DNA of 64,000 nt from Histomonas meleagridis 2922-C6/04-290x (Eukaryota > Protista > Parabasalia), in NCBI GenBank assembly GCA_020184695.1, contig JAANOX010000245.1, positions 248,001 to 312,000 on the forward strand. The letters are read 5' to 3'. Under the pieces are notes generated by a model that searched no databases, was not told the DNA's origin, and was given only the letters and a program-made list of their open reading frames with translations. Below, piece by piece: positions 1 through 11,555 of this stretch (position 1 is the first letter of the stretch; the number at the start of each line of letters is the position of its first letter). The position numbers and the translations under genes are program-made.

Positions 1-580
1 CTCTTGGAATGTCTTTAAGGACAATTAGAAGAAGAACTCATCAAATTATGGAGAATAATTTTAATTGTCCACCAATTTTAAATAAAGGTCCTCATCATAT
101 AATCATTCCTCCTGAGATGTATGAATCTATATGTAAAAGAAAACAGCGCATCAACACTTCTCGAAATCAAAAATGCTTTATTAGAACACTTTGAAATACC
201 AAATGATCAAATATCTATATCTACAATTTACTGTCATTTGGATGGAAATTTTGTTTCTTATAAAAAGCTTCGTTATGTTTCTGTAAATGCAAATACATCA
301 GAAATAATTAAAACAGCTATTAAATTATATAAATCAAGCGACAAATTTATCAGAAAGTATTCAACAAATTTACATTGATGAATCAAATTTTACAATCTTG
401 ACAAGAAGAAATATGGGAAGATCTAATATAGGAAGAAGAGCAGTTCAATCATCATTAATTGGTAAATGTAGAATAATCAAAATTTTAGCAGTTGTTATAT
501 ATTATCATTGGGAGATACATTGCATCAGCAAAGCCTGATAAAAAGTAAATCTAAGATTAATAAAATTCCAGTGACATTTT
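1..580 (+). mobile_element. Degenerate IS630/Tc1-mariner-type transposase remnant (frameshifted, 5' partial)
   Basis: Overlapping ORFs 9-194 and 121-378 give an HTH-like LGMSLRTIRR and a winged-helix-like STLLEIK...ISISTIYCHL...SYKK. Another frame from about 372 reads IDESNFTILTRRNMGRSNIGRRA, which resembles the first catalytic Asp motif of DDE_3 transposases. There are several frameshifts and no TIR was seen. Confidence 0.6.
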
Positions 581-1040
581 GATATTTGTAATTACTAGTT
601 TTCGTATATGCTATGACAAGTACATTTATCTTTTCATATTTTTGGCAAAATATCTTTTCTTTTTAAGATGTTATAGCTATGTTGTTGGTCTGACTCACTT
701 TTTCATTTTATATATTTGAAATAAAACATAAATATATTTATATAAAGATGGAATTACAGAAAAATTTTAATGTAAAAAGAAAAAAAAATTATTATTCTTT
801 ATAAATTTAGAGCATAAATAAATTTTATCAGGAAATGCCGAGTCTTATACGTTTTCTCTGCATTAACAAACACCGTGTGCTCTTGCCCCTTACCCTAAAA
901 AGTTTTCGGTTTACTTGTATATATAAAAATTGAAAGTGTTAATGTACATTAAATAGATAAGGTTAACAAATGCTCATTAGAATAAAAAACCATTATATTG
1001 TTAATGTTAACTTTTATGAATAATTAATGGTTTCAATATT

Positions 1041-3060
1041 TTATAAAATATCTTTAGCATTAATATCAATTCCTTCTTGTTCAAGAAGTAATTTAACTAT
1101 TTCTGTATGACCATCTCTAGATGCTAAAATAAGTGCTGTATTAAATAATTTAAATAAATTCCAAATATTATTTTGAAATATCAAATTATTAAAATAAATA
1201 TCAAATAAAACAAATAAATATCTTTAGCATTAATATTAATTCCTTCTTGTTCAAGAAGTAATTGAACTATTTCTGTATTATCATTCCAAGATGCATTAAT
1301 AAGTGCTGTTCCAAATAATTTAAATAATTTTCAAATATTACTTTGAAATAACAAACTATTAAAATAAATTATAAATAAAACAAATAAATATCTTTAGCAT
1401 TAATATCAATTCCTTCTTGTTCAAGAAGTAATTTAACTATTTCTGTATGACCTTTTGAAGATGCTATCATAAATGCTGTTTTAAATAATATAAATAATTT
1501 CCAAATATTATTTTGAATTTCCAAATTATTAAAATAAATATCAAATAAAACAAATAAATATCTTTAGCATTAATATTAATTCCTTCTTGTTCAAGAAGTA
1601 ATTGAACTATTTCTGTATTATCATTCCAAGATGCATTAATAAGTGCTGTTCCAAATAATTTAAATAATTTTCAAATATTACTTTGAAATAACAAACTATT
1701 AAAATAAATTATAAATAAAACAAATAAATATCTTTAGCATTAATATCAATTCCTTCTTGTTCAAGAAGTAATTTAACTATTTCTGTATGACCTTTTGAAG
1801 ATGCTAACATAAGTGCTGTATAAAATATTTTAAATAATTTCCAAATATTATTTTGAAATATTAAATTATTAAAATAAATATCAAATATAACAAATAAATA
1901 TCTTTAACATTAATATCAATTCCTTCTTGTTTTAAATCGTATTCAACAAGTTCAATATTTCTTGATCCTGCTGAAAATACCAATATATCATGCGGAATTG
2001 AATGCTCTTTAAGAAAATATTCAACTAAAAAAATATTTCCAATCATTGCTGCTTCATTAATAATATCATTATTGATTTCCATTCCTTCTTTAAGTAAAAA
2101 TGAGAATATTTCGGAGTTATGATATAAAATACAAAGATTTCCTAATTTTTCTAAATTATTAATTTCTTTTAATTTATTATCATAAAAATATTTAAAAATA
2201 TCATTACGATGAAATTCAATTGCAGTTTCATATGCATTATCAAATGATGAATGATTTTGTTCACATAAATGAATGATTTCAAGGTTTCCGCCTGCAATTG
2301 CATATTTACCTGTATTTTTTAAATTTGCACCATTCATAAGTAAATATTTAAAACATTTAACTGAAGAAAAAAATGCTGCATAATCAATTAATGAAACATA
2401 ATCTTCATCAATGAATGAACATATTTCATAGAGTGATGGTTTAATTTTTTGATTAAAATCAAAATTTGTTTGCGATGATATTTCTTGAAGTTTTTCTATT
2501 TCATCATTTCGAATTATTTTTGATATTTCATTTGGATTATGTCCTTCTCTAATTAATTTCTTATGTAATTCCCAATCATTCTTTGAAAGTTCTTCATAAT
2601 TTACAAAATCATGTTCCCTTAAATAGATTGTTAATTTATCTTTAGACATATAATGTACAAAATAAGCACTCTGATTGTTTTTTACAATATTTGGTTCAAG
2701 AAAATTATGTTCAATCATAGCTTCAAGAAGATAAGATGATTCATCTGTATTTTTATTATTAAGAAATTGCCCAAATATATCAAATATATTGGATTTGATT
2801 TTATTACTCTCTTCAAATGCTCTTATTTCTTTTGTAATATTCAAAAATATATTTGCATTATTATTTTTAATTACAAAGGAATAATATATCATTTGAAGAA
2901 TAATTAAATCATAAGATAAAGGATGGATTTCATCAAAATTATTGATTATTAAACCTAAAGTTTTAGTGAAATTTTCATCATTCAAACCAAAAATTGCTTG
3001 ATTTATTGATAGAAGTGTTTCCCAGTTACAATTTTTTGGATTCATATTTAACAAATTCAT
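1041..3060 (-). CDS. DUF3447/ankyrin-repeat protein (gene A), interrupted by 20 non-canonical 17-nt segments; about 559 aa after removal
   Basis: The ORF to 1900 has the trichomonad DUF3447-type block (LIDYAAFFSSVKCFKYLL...AIAGGNLEIIHLC...AIEFHRNDIF). Five 90-nt ankyrin exons start at 1819, 1649, 1479, 1309 and 1139. The 80-nt junctions parse as 4x(17+3) and give linkers D-DNGY, D-IVEG, D-DGGK, D-IVEG and D-DDGN before TAL/TAF. The gene ends D-I-L-TAA at 1041. The start is placed at ATG 3060 by length comparison with the paralogues; the ORF-track start at 3273 is probably an upstream extension. Confidence 0.75.
1050..1902 (-). repeat. 170-nt tandem ankyrin units with a 340-nt higher-order duplication
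   Basis: ACAGCA unit starts are exactly 170 nt apart. The units at 1649 and 1309, with their preceding junctions, appear identical. Confidence 0.95.
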
Positions 3061-3985
3061 TAGAGACCGTTTTTCCATGATCGGTTGTTCCCTCTCAATC
3101 GTCGGAGGACGCTTACTGCTTGCCAACAACAAGAACGATACAGTAAACTTTTCTAATTGCTTGTCAACTAATGAATAAGTAAAGTTTCGATTTCCATATC
3201 CTGTCCGTATGACTGGATTTAGTGTACAACTACCATATCTTTCATTCCTTTGCATGGAAAGTAAAAACATCATATGATGAAGGCTGTGATCCCACCACGA
3301 AATATTTCGAACAAAGAATGATCAATCACTTAATAGCGAAGATAAGAAACTTGATGTTACCTTGATAAAGTCGTTGCTACGAATAAAGTCAAGATAAAAA
3401 AATGTTATAATTTGTCCAAAACTAAATTTGTTCGTATTCAGATCTTTGAACTATTTTCGAACCAACCAATGTTTATTGGAGGCGCTTTCGTAAAATGGTT
3501 CAAAAAGCAAATGATGATCCACATCGAGCTGATGTTTACAATACTTCATCCAATTTCGATAAACGTCGCTTTCATAATCTATCTCCCACACATTCTCTTT
3601 GTACACTGTGTTGACTCATTGTGGTTCCAACGCGAACTCACAAAAGGAAAAGCTGCTGTCCAAGGCTACAGGTTACAATTTCTCATCATATTTCCTATAA
3701 TATAATTATGGAATGCTTTCCTTTTTAATCGATAAAGATAATAAAAATATAGAGGAACTTATTTCATCTATTAAGACGGGGAATGTGTTTTTGTTTAAAT
3801 ATTTTATAAAAAATAATACAGATTAAATGTTTTAAGTTTGATTTTAAATTCAAGAAATAAAGAACTTTTTAAATATATTTATATTGATTATAAGTAATGA
3901 TGATAATTCATTAATTTATATTTAGTTTTATATCAATAATTTGTTGCTGTTTTATTTAATTATTTTATTTCCAAATTATAAATAA

Positions 3986-4440
3986 TTGGATAGACTGAAC
4001 TATACCCGGAAAAAATACACGAGCAAACATTCGCTGTACATGGACGAGAGCTATCAGTATCACGAACTGCAGCTATTGCAATATATATTGTTCCGCAAAG
4101 AGGACGTCTTCCATGAATTTGCACAGTGGCAATATGGACAACCCATGTATATTGACAATCCCTTATATGGGATTTAAAAATATTACATCATATGTACTTG
4201 AAATTACATGGAAATTTTGTATGCCTTTCACGCTTCTCAAACAGGAAAATATAGATATCATATTACATATACATGTACATTTAGTGGTCAAAATAAAGCA
4301 ACAAAGCGTCAATCACCCAAATGTGAAAAACGTTTTTAGCTAAAGAATCTTGTTTTTTACATTCTCCTAACATCGATCCGAACTATGTACACACACATAT
4401 ATATTCTTCTCCATAAAATGATGGGGTGTCACCTTCGCGA
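3986..4440 (+). pseudogene. Degraded coding fragment, possibly transposase-derived
   Basis: Island of higher GC with short ORFs in several frames (YMDES; TYTCTFSGQNKATKRQSPKC). The family cannot be assigned from the sequence alone. Confidence 0.2.
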
Positions 4441-4715
4441 AGCCAAATTATTTATTTATTTATTTAAAATTTATATGTTTATATTTATTATTTATAAAGG
4501 ACTATATTAATAACCCCGCACTAATATGCCTTATATATAAACATTTTTTTATTCATTTATTTAAATAAATAATTTTTAACGATTAATATATATAAACAAT
4601 TATTTAATAAATTATAAATCCTATATAATATTATAATATGACGTAAAATCATATAAAAGGGCTATTCGAAAAACGCTGTCCTTAAACGTCCTTGAAAACG
4701 TTAGAAATTTATGGG

Positions 4716-7700
4716 ATGAAAGTATTAGAACAATTAAAGAAAAAAACATCCCGAGAAAATACTAAATTAAATATAACATATTTACAAAATGCATCAAAAG
4801 AAATTATACCTAATTCAGCAAAAATAGAAATAGAAAAAAGATCTGAAGAATTATTAGTTATTTATTCAAAAAGAAAAATAACACCAGAAGCCCTTATAGA
4901 TATTAGCTCAGTATCATTTTTTATTCCTAAAGAAAAAGATATTTCAGAAACAATTTTTAATTTTTTAAATAATATAAAATCAATCATAAATAATCAAAGT
5001 GATGACTTTGAAACAATTGAACAAGGAGAAACGTATGATTTGTTTAAAAATTTTTCAATAAATATTCCATTTTGTAATAAAATGATGCAAACAAATTTTT
5101 TTGACATTTATAATTTTTCCATTTTCCACAAAGGAAAACCAATATCCAATTCATTGTTTCGAATGCTTCGTAGGTGTATTAAATATTCACAAATTCCAAT
5201 CAATAATGTATTAGCCAAAGGAATATTTGATAAAATTGATAAGATTGGTTCTAATGAACACTTGCACCTTGTCACTACTTTAATGCGAAAAACCACAGAG
5301 AAACCTGATTTCAAGAAATTCAATACAATAATTCGCATTACTAATAATTGTAATATTTACATCAAACTATTTTCATTAAACAAAGTTGAAGCCATAAATT
5401 CATTTCGTGACTTATGTGACAAATATATTTCGAGTGAAATGTTAAAATTTACGATTTCGAATCCAAATCTTATTGAAGAAAACACAATTCCAATAACCCT
5501 TTTAGAGAAATATATAAATACTTTTACTGATAAAGAGCAAAAAGTTTTATTATCCAAAATAAAATATAAAGATTTATATCATTTAAAGCATAAAATTAAC
5601 AAAATCGAATATAATGATTCCAACAAAACGAACAATAATTACTTAAAAGAATTAAACATAAATATAATTTTAGGCTTTAAAGAATGTTTTAAACAAATTA
5701 TTGTTAACATATTAAATAATTATTGTGTTGATTCTCTTTCATATATAGCTAATGGTGGACCATATAAAGAACTTGATGAAATAATTTTAAAGAACTTTAC
5801 GAATTCTTTATTATATAAAAAATATAATGATGATGAACAACTAATAAAAATTATGTTTGGGATACCACAAAACCATATGTTTAATGATTATAATTATGAT
5901 ATTAAAATTCCATCAATTTTTTGTTTTTTAAAAGATTATAACATATTAAATTTTGGTGTACAATATAAAATATCGAAATATCTTTTTGATAATAAATTAA
6001 TTGATTATAACTCCGATATTTTTAATGTTCTAGGAAGATTTTATATGAATAGAAAATCTGCATTTAATATAATTAATATTCCGGAAATTTTATATAATTT
6101 GATTAATGAAAAATATCCGAATTTTGATTTTTTTCAATTTCATTTTAATCAAAATCAATCATATGTTGTAATAAATGAAAAACAATTTAATTTTTTATTT
6201 TATTATGATGAATGTAAACAAAACGAAAAAACAAATTTAGTTTGTATTGATGATAAATTGTTTATTAATCTTGAAGAAAACAAAATCATCATTGATTATA
6301 TATATAATCAAACATTACCACCAAAAGTTTATCAATGTACTCCTAAAAAATGGCATAAAATTTCAATAAATATTAACAACGAAAATGTAATCATTAAATT
6401 TGATTATGAAAATGATCATGTTATTAAAATAGGGAAAACAAATTCAGTAATTATTGGATCAAAAAGTCAAAATCCAAGAACTTCTTATCTTATAAAGTTT
6501 AATGATTTAATAAAATATAATTTAGGTAATGGAATTACAAAAATCGAATATAAAGGAATTTTATATCATTTGAAATATATTAATGGTATTCCAAATATAT
6601 TAAAAAATGTTTTGGATACACAAAGTAAAATTGATTTTTATCATTATTTTGTCTTTATTATTAATGGAATATGTAATTATCACCCGAATTATATCGATAA
6701 ATTGTTGCCTTATTTAAGAATATTATTAATACAAAAAATCGAATTTGTAAATGAAAATGTTTTAAATTTGATTTTTTCGTTAATTGAAAAAAATGGTTTT
6801 AATTGGAAATCATTTAAAATCATTTTTATTAATTATGAATTATGGCAAATGTTAAACGAAAATCTTCAAAACATTATATTTCAATATATTTTTTATAATT
6901 TGAATAATTTTAATACTGAAATATTAATATCAACTTCATTAATACATTTTCTATTTGATCTAAAAACAAATTTTAATATAAATAATCCAATTCTATTCCA
7001 AATATTGGAAAATTTATTCCAAAATAATAACGAGTTAATAAAGAAATCATTTTTAATTCATATTTTTGATACAAACAAAAAATCAGAAGAAATAATACAA
7101 CACTTAATTGAAAACAATGAAAATTTTTTAGAAGTAATTCCATTAAATTTGTTAATGTTTTTATCCCAAAAATATTCAACAAAATATTTACAAATTTATT
7201 CGACTAATTTCGTAAATGGTAAATGTTATATCAATTTTAAAACTCTTAAAGAAAACATTCCATATTTTACTAAGTATTTAATTAATGATATAAATTTATG
7301 GAAATTTTTGTTTTCGATTTTAACAAATGATAATTCGATTGATTTATATCAAACAAATTTCCAAATATATAAAATTCGTAATCCTGAAACTTTACATACG
7401 ATATTTCCTTTAATTTGTTATCTTTATCAAAACAAAAACTCTAAAAACACATTAAAACTAAGAATATTAAATTTAACTTATTATTTAATTGAGAATTCTA
7501 AAATTAGTTTAGAACAATTCCAAGATGATATAATATTTTTATCATATTTTGGAATTCCGAATAATATTTATGAACAAAAAAATAAAATCGAATTAAAACT
7601 TTTCGGTGATGAATTAATATTTAATACATTTCAAACAAATGATTTGTTTTTTGGTTATTCTACAAATAAATATTTAACAATATATCAATCTGAAATATCA

Positions 7701-10700
7701 AACATTAATAACATTAATAATAATAATGAAAATAATGACTTAATAAACCATAAAATTGATCCGATTTTACATGAATTTGTTATTAAAATCGTAAATTTGT
7801 ATTTATGTCAAGTTGATTCTAATAAAATTTCAGAAACATTAAAAAAGTTTTTAGTTTGGAATTTAGATACAAACGATGAAATATTTTCTATTGTAAACAG
7901 AAATATAATTTTAAACTTTATTAAAGTTAAAACACCAATCATTGAAACACTTGGATTTATTCGAATTACTTGTAAAACAAATATTTGGGATGGAAATCAT
8001 TATCTTTTATTTAATCAATTATGTTTATCATTAAAAGATTTTGATTTAGAGTCAAATTCATATGCAGTTACATATATTCGTTCGATATTTAAACGAATTC
8101 TTACATATACAAATGATTTTAACTCAATGAACATTATAACATTTTCGAATTTAGTGTTTAATCCAATTTTTTTAATCAATTGGAGTTATTTTATACATTT
8201 ATGTAATGCTTTTTTAAGAGATAATTTCAAAAAACTTTCATATGATTGTCGTCAAAGTATATGGATCTCATTATTTATGAACATGAATGAGAAAATTGTA
8301 AATTCATTAAATAAAAACATCAAAAAGAATTTATATAAAAACCCTGTTCAAGAATTTATTGATATTGCTTATGTTTCATTATTTTATTCAGATATACCAC
8401 AGAACAAAAATCGATTTTTTAAATGGTTTAAAGATATAATTGATAAGAAAATTAAAATGAACTTAAATAAACAAAAAGATTGTACACAAATATTTTTACA
8501 AGGACGAAATTCCACAATAAAACAAATAAATTATCAAATTAATAACTTAAATTATATGAATGAATTAATACATAAATTAAATATGTTTTGGTTTAAAGAA
8601 AGATATAACTTAATACAATTAAATAATGAAAAAGATTCATATGAATTGGCAATGTTAATACCTTTTAATGTATCAAAGAATTATGAATTTGTTTCTTCTG
8701 TTCATCCGATTTCAATTCCTTCAATTCAAGTTCCTTATTATAATGTATTAAATAACTTACAAACAAAAAATATTTATTATAAAGTAAATGATACGAAAAT
8801 TCCACAAAATTTACCGAATTTTATTTCGAAATATTTTTATGTATTAAAAGAGAAAAATAAATTTTTAGAATTTAAATTACTTTGTAAAAGTAATATCGAA
8901 AAATTATTAAACATTTCATTAATATATGGAAACATTCAAATTAATTCTGTTTTAATTATAACTAAAGATAATTATTATATATTAACTGAATCAAAATCTC
9001 TTGAAGAAACTTTAATATTAACTGAAAAATCAAGTAATTTATTAATTAAAGATTTCATGAATCAATGTACATCAAAATATTATGGAAATGTTACAATGTT
9101 TTTCGGTCATTTAGTTTTAATTTTTAACAAATTCGATGTTTTATTCTCATTAAAAAGATTATATTATGATAAACCTGCTTTAGAGCTATGGTTTATTCAA
9201 GGCTATTCATTATTCTTTTATTATAATAATAATGAAACTATTGAAATTAAACCTTTTTCAAAAACATTTCCAAAAATCGAATCGAATTTTTCTTTATCTT
9301 TTTCGAATAAGTTTTGTAATGTTTTAAATATTAATGAGTTTAAAAATTTGTGGATTAATAATGAGATTTCTTCGTTTTTATATATTTTGATTTGTAATAT
9401 TTCCTCTGATCGAAGTTTTTCTAATTTAATACAATATCCGATAATGCCATGGGTTGATTTTGATAGAAAAATTAATAAACATATTGGAGAACAATTCTCT
9501 TCAAAACGTAAAAGAAAAAACATTTATGGAAACAAATTTTATTCAACGTTTTATATTGTTTCACGTTATTTATATCGAATTCATCCATTCGATTTATTTT
9601 ATAATATCATTAATGAAAATAATAATAAAGATATATTTAACTCATTTGAAACCGATTGGGATATGTTAAAAGATAAAAATAATATAAATTCACTTGAAGA
9701 ATTAATACCAGAAATGTATTTAATTCCTGAAATTTATGTAAATGTTAATAAACAAAAATTAAATAATTCGAAAATTAAATTAATAGAAAACGTTAAAATT
9801 CCAGCCAATTTCACATCACATTTCCAACTAACTTTTTATTTAAGAGATAAACTTGAAAAAACATTTTTATTAAATCAATGGATAGATTTAATATTTGGGT
9901 GTAAATCAGGAAATAAAAAAGATCCAAATAATGTTTATAATTCATTTCATCCATGTTGTTATGGATTTGATTTTAATGGGATAAATAATAAATTTGAATA
10001 TGCAAAAATAAATGGAATAATTCCAACTCAATTATTTACTGAAGAACATCCCACATTAAATAAAACTAATAATTATTTAATAAATACAAACAATAATAAT
10101 ATTTCATATCAATTATTAATGTCATTTCATTCTAAATCAAATGATACAACATTTATATCTGATAATTATATTTATGGGTTAAAAGATAATTTTGAAATTT
10201 TTAAGAGTTTTAATACTGATATAATTAAAGCGAAAATTGGTAATTTTATTTATGAATTTAATTCATTTGATAAATGTTGTTTTTCGAATGATAAATTATT
10301 ATTTGCTGGTGCATTACAATGTGGAATTATTATAATATATTCGGTAATATTTAATGAAACATTACAAATTAAATCATTTAATTATTTAAATACTTGTTTT
10401 ATGCCTTATGAATTTTATTCATTTACATTTCTGACTTTAAATAAATGTATAATTTCAAGTCATTTAAACATTGTTGGAATCGCTTATGATAAATATTTAT
10501 TCATTTTTCATGTTTCAAGTTCGAATTTTATTCGGAAAATCAATTTTTATAATAAATGTAATAATATTATAATTAATGATTCATATAATTTAATCGTTGG
10601 AGTTGGTTTAAAGTTTATTCATATGTTTACTATTAATGGAACAGAAATTTTATTACAAAAATTTCAAAACGAAATTATTTCTGTTGATATATCCGAAAAT

Positions 10701-11084
10701 GATAAAATGTTTTATTTAGTTTTCGGTGATTTAAATGGTAATGTTTCATTTTGGAATTACGATTTTGAAGCAAATGAATTTATATATGTGAAAGAAATTA
10801 ATTTGTTTAAACATGTATCAATAATAGCTGTGAAGTTATTAAATATGGGAAAAAGTTTATATGCATTAAATAGTAAAAACGTTGCCGTGTTTTGTAATAT
10901 TGACGGAAATGGTGAATCAATCGCTACAAAAATGAGTTCTTATGCTTGCGCTATATGCGGAATTAAAACTCCAAAATATGTATGTAAATGTTGTGGACTT
11001 TGCGTATGCAAAAATTGTTGCAATGCAAAGGATAATACAAAAATTAGATGTGTTAAATGTTTAAAAGAGAAAAACAAAAAATAA
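4716..11084 (+). CDS. Beige/BEACH-domain protein with WD40-like region and C-terminal Cys-rich (FYVE-like) zinc finger
   Basis: BEACH motifs RSFSNLIQYPIMPWV, ELIPEMY, QWIDLIFG and GIIPTQLFTEEHP are present. The C-terminus reads CAIC...CKCCGLCVCKNCC...CVKC. The first ATG is at 4716 (the ORF track starts at TTG 4692). Confidence 0.85.
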   Translation: MKVLEQLKKKTSRENTKLNITYLQNASKEIIPNSAKIEIEKRSEELLVIYSKRKITPEALIDISSVSFFIPKEKDISETIFNFLNNIKSIINNQSDDFETIEQGETYDLFKNFSINIPFCNKMMQTNFFDIYNFSIFHKGKPISNSLFRMLRRCIKYSQIPINNVLAKGIFDKIDKIGSNEHLHLVTTLMRKTTEKPDFKKFNTIIRITNNCNIYIKLFSLNKVEAINSFRDLCDKYISSEMLKFTISNPNLIEENTIPITLLEKYINTFTDKEQKVLLSKIKYKDLYHLKHKINKIEYNDSNKTNNNYLKELNINIILGFKECFKQIIVNILNNYCVDSLSYIANGGPYKELDEIILKNFTNSLLYKKYNDDEQLIKIMFGIPQNHMFNDYNYDIKIPSIFCFLKDYNILNFGVQYKISKYLFDNKLIDYNSDIFNVLGRFYMNRKSAFNIINIPEILYNLINEKYPNFDFFQFHFNQNQSYVVINEKQFNFLFYYDECKQNEKTNLVCIDDKLFINLEENKIIIDYIYNQTLPPKVYQCTPKKWHKISININNENVIIKFDYENDHVIKIGKTNSVIIGSKSQNPRTSYLIKFNDLIKYNLGNGITKIEYKGILYHLKYINGIPNILKNVLDTQSKIDFYHYFVFIINGICNYHPNYIDKLLPYLRILLIQKIEFVNENVLNLIFSLIEKNGFNWKSFKIIFINYELWQMLNENLQNIIFQYIFYNLNNFNTEILISTSLIHFLFDLKTNFNINNPILFQILENLFQNNNELIKKSFLIHIFDTNKKSEEIIQHLIENNENFLEVIPLNLLMFLSQKYSTKYLQIYSTNFVNGKCYINFKTLKENIPYFTKYLINDINLWKFLFSILTNDNSIDLYQTNFQIYKIRNPETLHTIFPLICYLYQNKNSKNTLKLRILNLTYYLIENSKISLEQFQDDIIFLSYFGIPNNIYEQKNKIELKLFGDELIFNTFQTNDLFFGYSTNKYLTIYQSEISNINNINNNNENNDLINHKIDPILHEFVIKIVNLYLCQVDSNKISETLKKFLVWNLDTNDEIFSIVNRNIILNFIKVKTPIIETLGFIRITCKTNIWDGNHYLLFNQLCLSLKDFDLESNSYAVTYIRSIFKRILTYTNDFNSMNIITFSNLVFNPIFLINWSYFIHLCNAFLRDNFKKLSYDCRQSIWISLFMNMNEKIVNSLNKNIKKNLYKNPVQEFIDIAYVSLFYSDIPQNKNRFFKWFKDIIDKKIKMNLNKQKDCTQIFLQGRNSTIKQINYQINNLNYMNELIHKLNMFWFKERYNLIQLNNEKDSYELAMLIPFNVSKNYEFVSSVHPISIPSIQVPYYNVLNNLQTKNIYYKVNDTKIPQNLPNFISKYFYVLKEKNKFLEFKLLCKSNIEKLLNISLIYGNIQINSVLIITKDNYYILTESKSLEETLILTEKSSNLLIKDFMNQCTSKYYGNVTMFFGHLVLIFNKFDVLFSLKRLYYDKPALELWFIQGYSLFFYYNNNETIEIKPFSKTFPKIESNFSLSFSNKFCNVLNINEFKNLWINNEISSFLYILICNISSDRSFSNLIQYPIMPWVDFDRKINKHIGEQFSSKRKRKNIYGNKFYSTFYIVSRYLYRIHPFDLFYNIINENNNKDIFNSFETDWDMLKDKNNINSLEELIPEMYLIPEIYVNVNKQKLNNSKIKLIENVKIPANFTSHFQLTFYLRDKLEKTFLLNQWIDLIFGCKSGNKKDPNNVYNSFHPCCYGFDFNGINNKFEYAKINGIIPTQLFTEEHPTLNKTNNYLINTNNNNISYQLLMSFHSKSNDTTFISDNYIYGLKDNFEIFKSFNTDIIKAKIGNFIYEFNSFDKCCFSNDKLLFAGALQCGIIIIYSVIFNETLQIKSFNYLNTCFMPYEFYSFTFLTLNKCIISSHLNIVGIAYDKYLFIFHVSSSNFIRKINFYNKCNNIIINDSYNLIVGVGLKFIHMFTINGTEILLQKFQNEIISVDISENDKMFYLVFGDLNGNVSFWNYDFEANEFIYVKEINLFKHVSIIAVKLLNMGKSLYALNSKNVAVFCNIDGNGESIATKMSSYACAICGIKTPKYVCKCCGLCVCKNCCNAKDNTKIRCVKCLKEKNKK

Positions 11085-11543
11085 ACATTTGTATATAATA
11101 AAATTTTATTGCGAAATTGTTTTTGAATAAAATTTATAAGAATTTGTTAGTAATTTAAATTTCTACAATAGTATTTGCAAATATGGAGCGATATTTCCAC
11201 ATTTTTAATAAACTCATCAAATTATTTTGCAAAAATGTGCCGAATCAATATTAATGCCAACACAAGCAAAATCATTTTTAAGATAAAATAAATAATAATT
11301 TTTTAACTTTTCATTTAATAGATGAATCTTAAATTTTAAAAAAGGTTAAATCTTGCTTTTTTATTTTCAAAAGCTGACCAAACTTCCAAATCCTCTCAAT
11401 TTGGTGAAAAATACGATTAAAATGGATTCTAAAAGTGAAATGTCATAACGGATGGAAACTTCGGTACAATTGAATTTTTTGACCGAAACACCTTTTGAAT
11501 ACCTTCCGATCACATATTTGAATGCAACCGCTTTGATCACACT

Positions 11544-11548
11544 TCACT
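11544..11548 (+). promoter_or_regulatory. Putative initiator (Inr) element TCACT
   Basis: TCACT lies 8 nt upstream of ATG 11556 and matches the trichomonad TCA(Y)W initiator consensus. Confidence 0.45.
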
Positions 11549-11555
11549 TTTGTCA

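Noticed and set aside
3180-3710. ORF 3412-3705 and nearby + strand fragments as a gene
   Set aside because: These are short pieces in different frames with no recognisable family. They are probably a decayed gene, and I cannot support a call.
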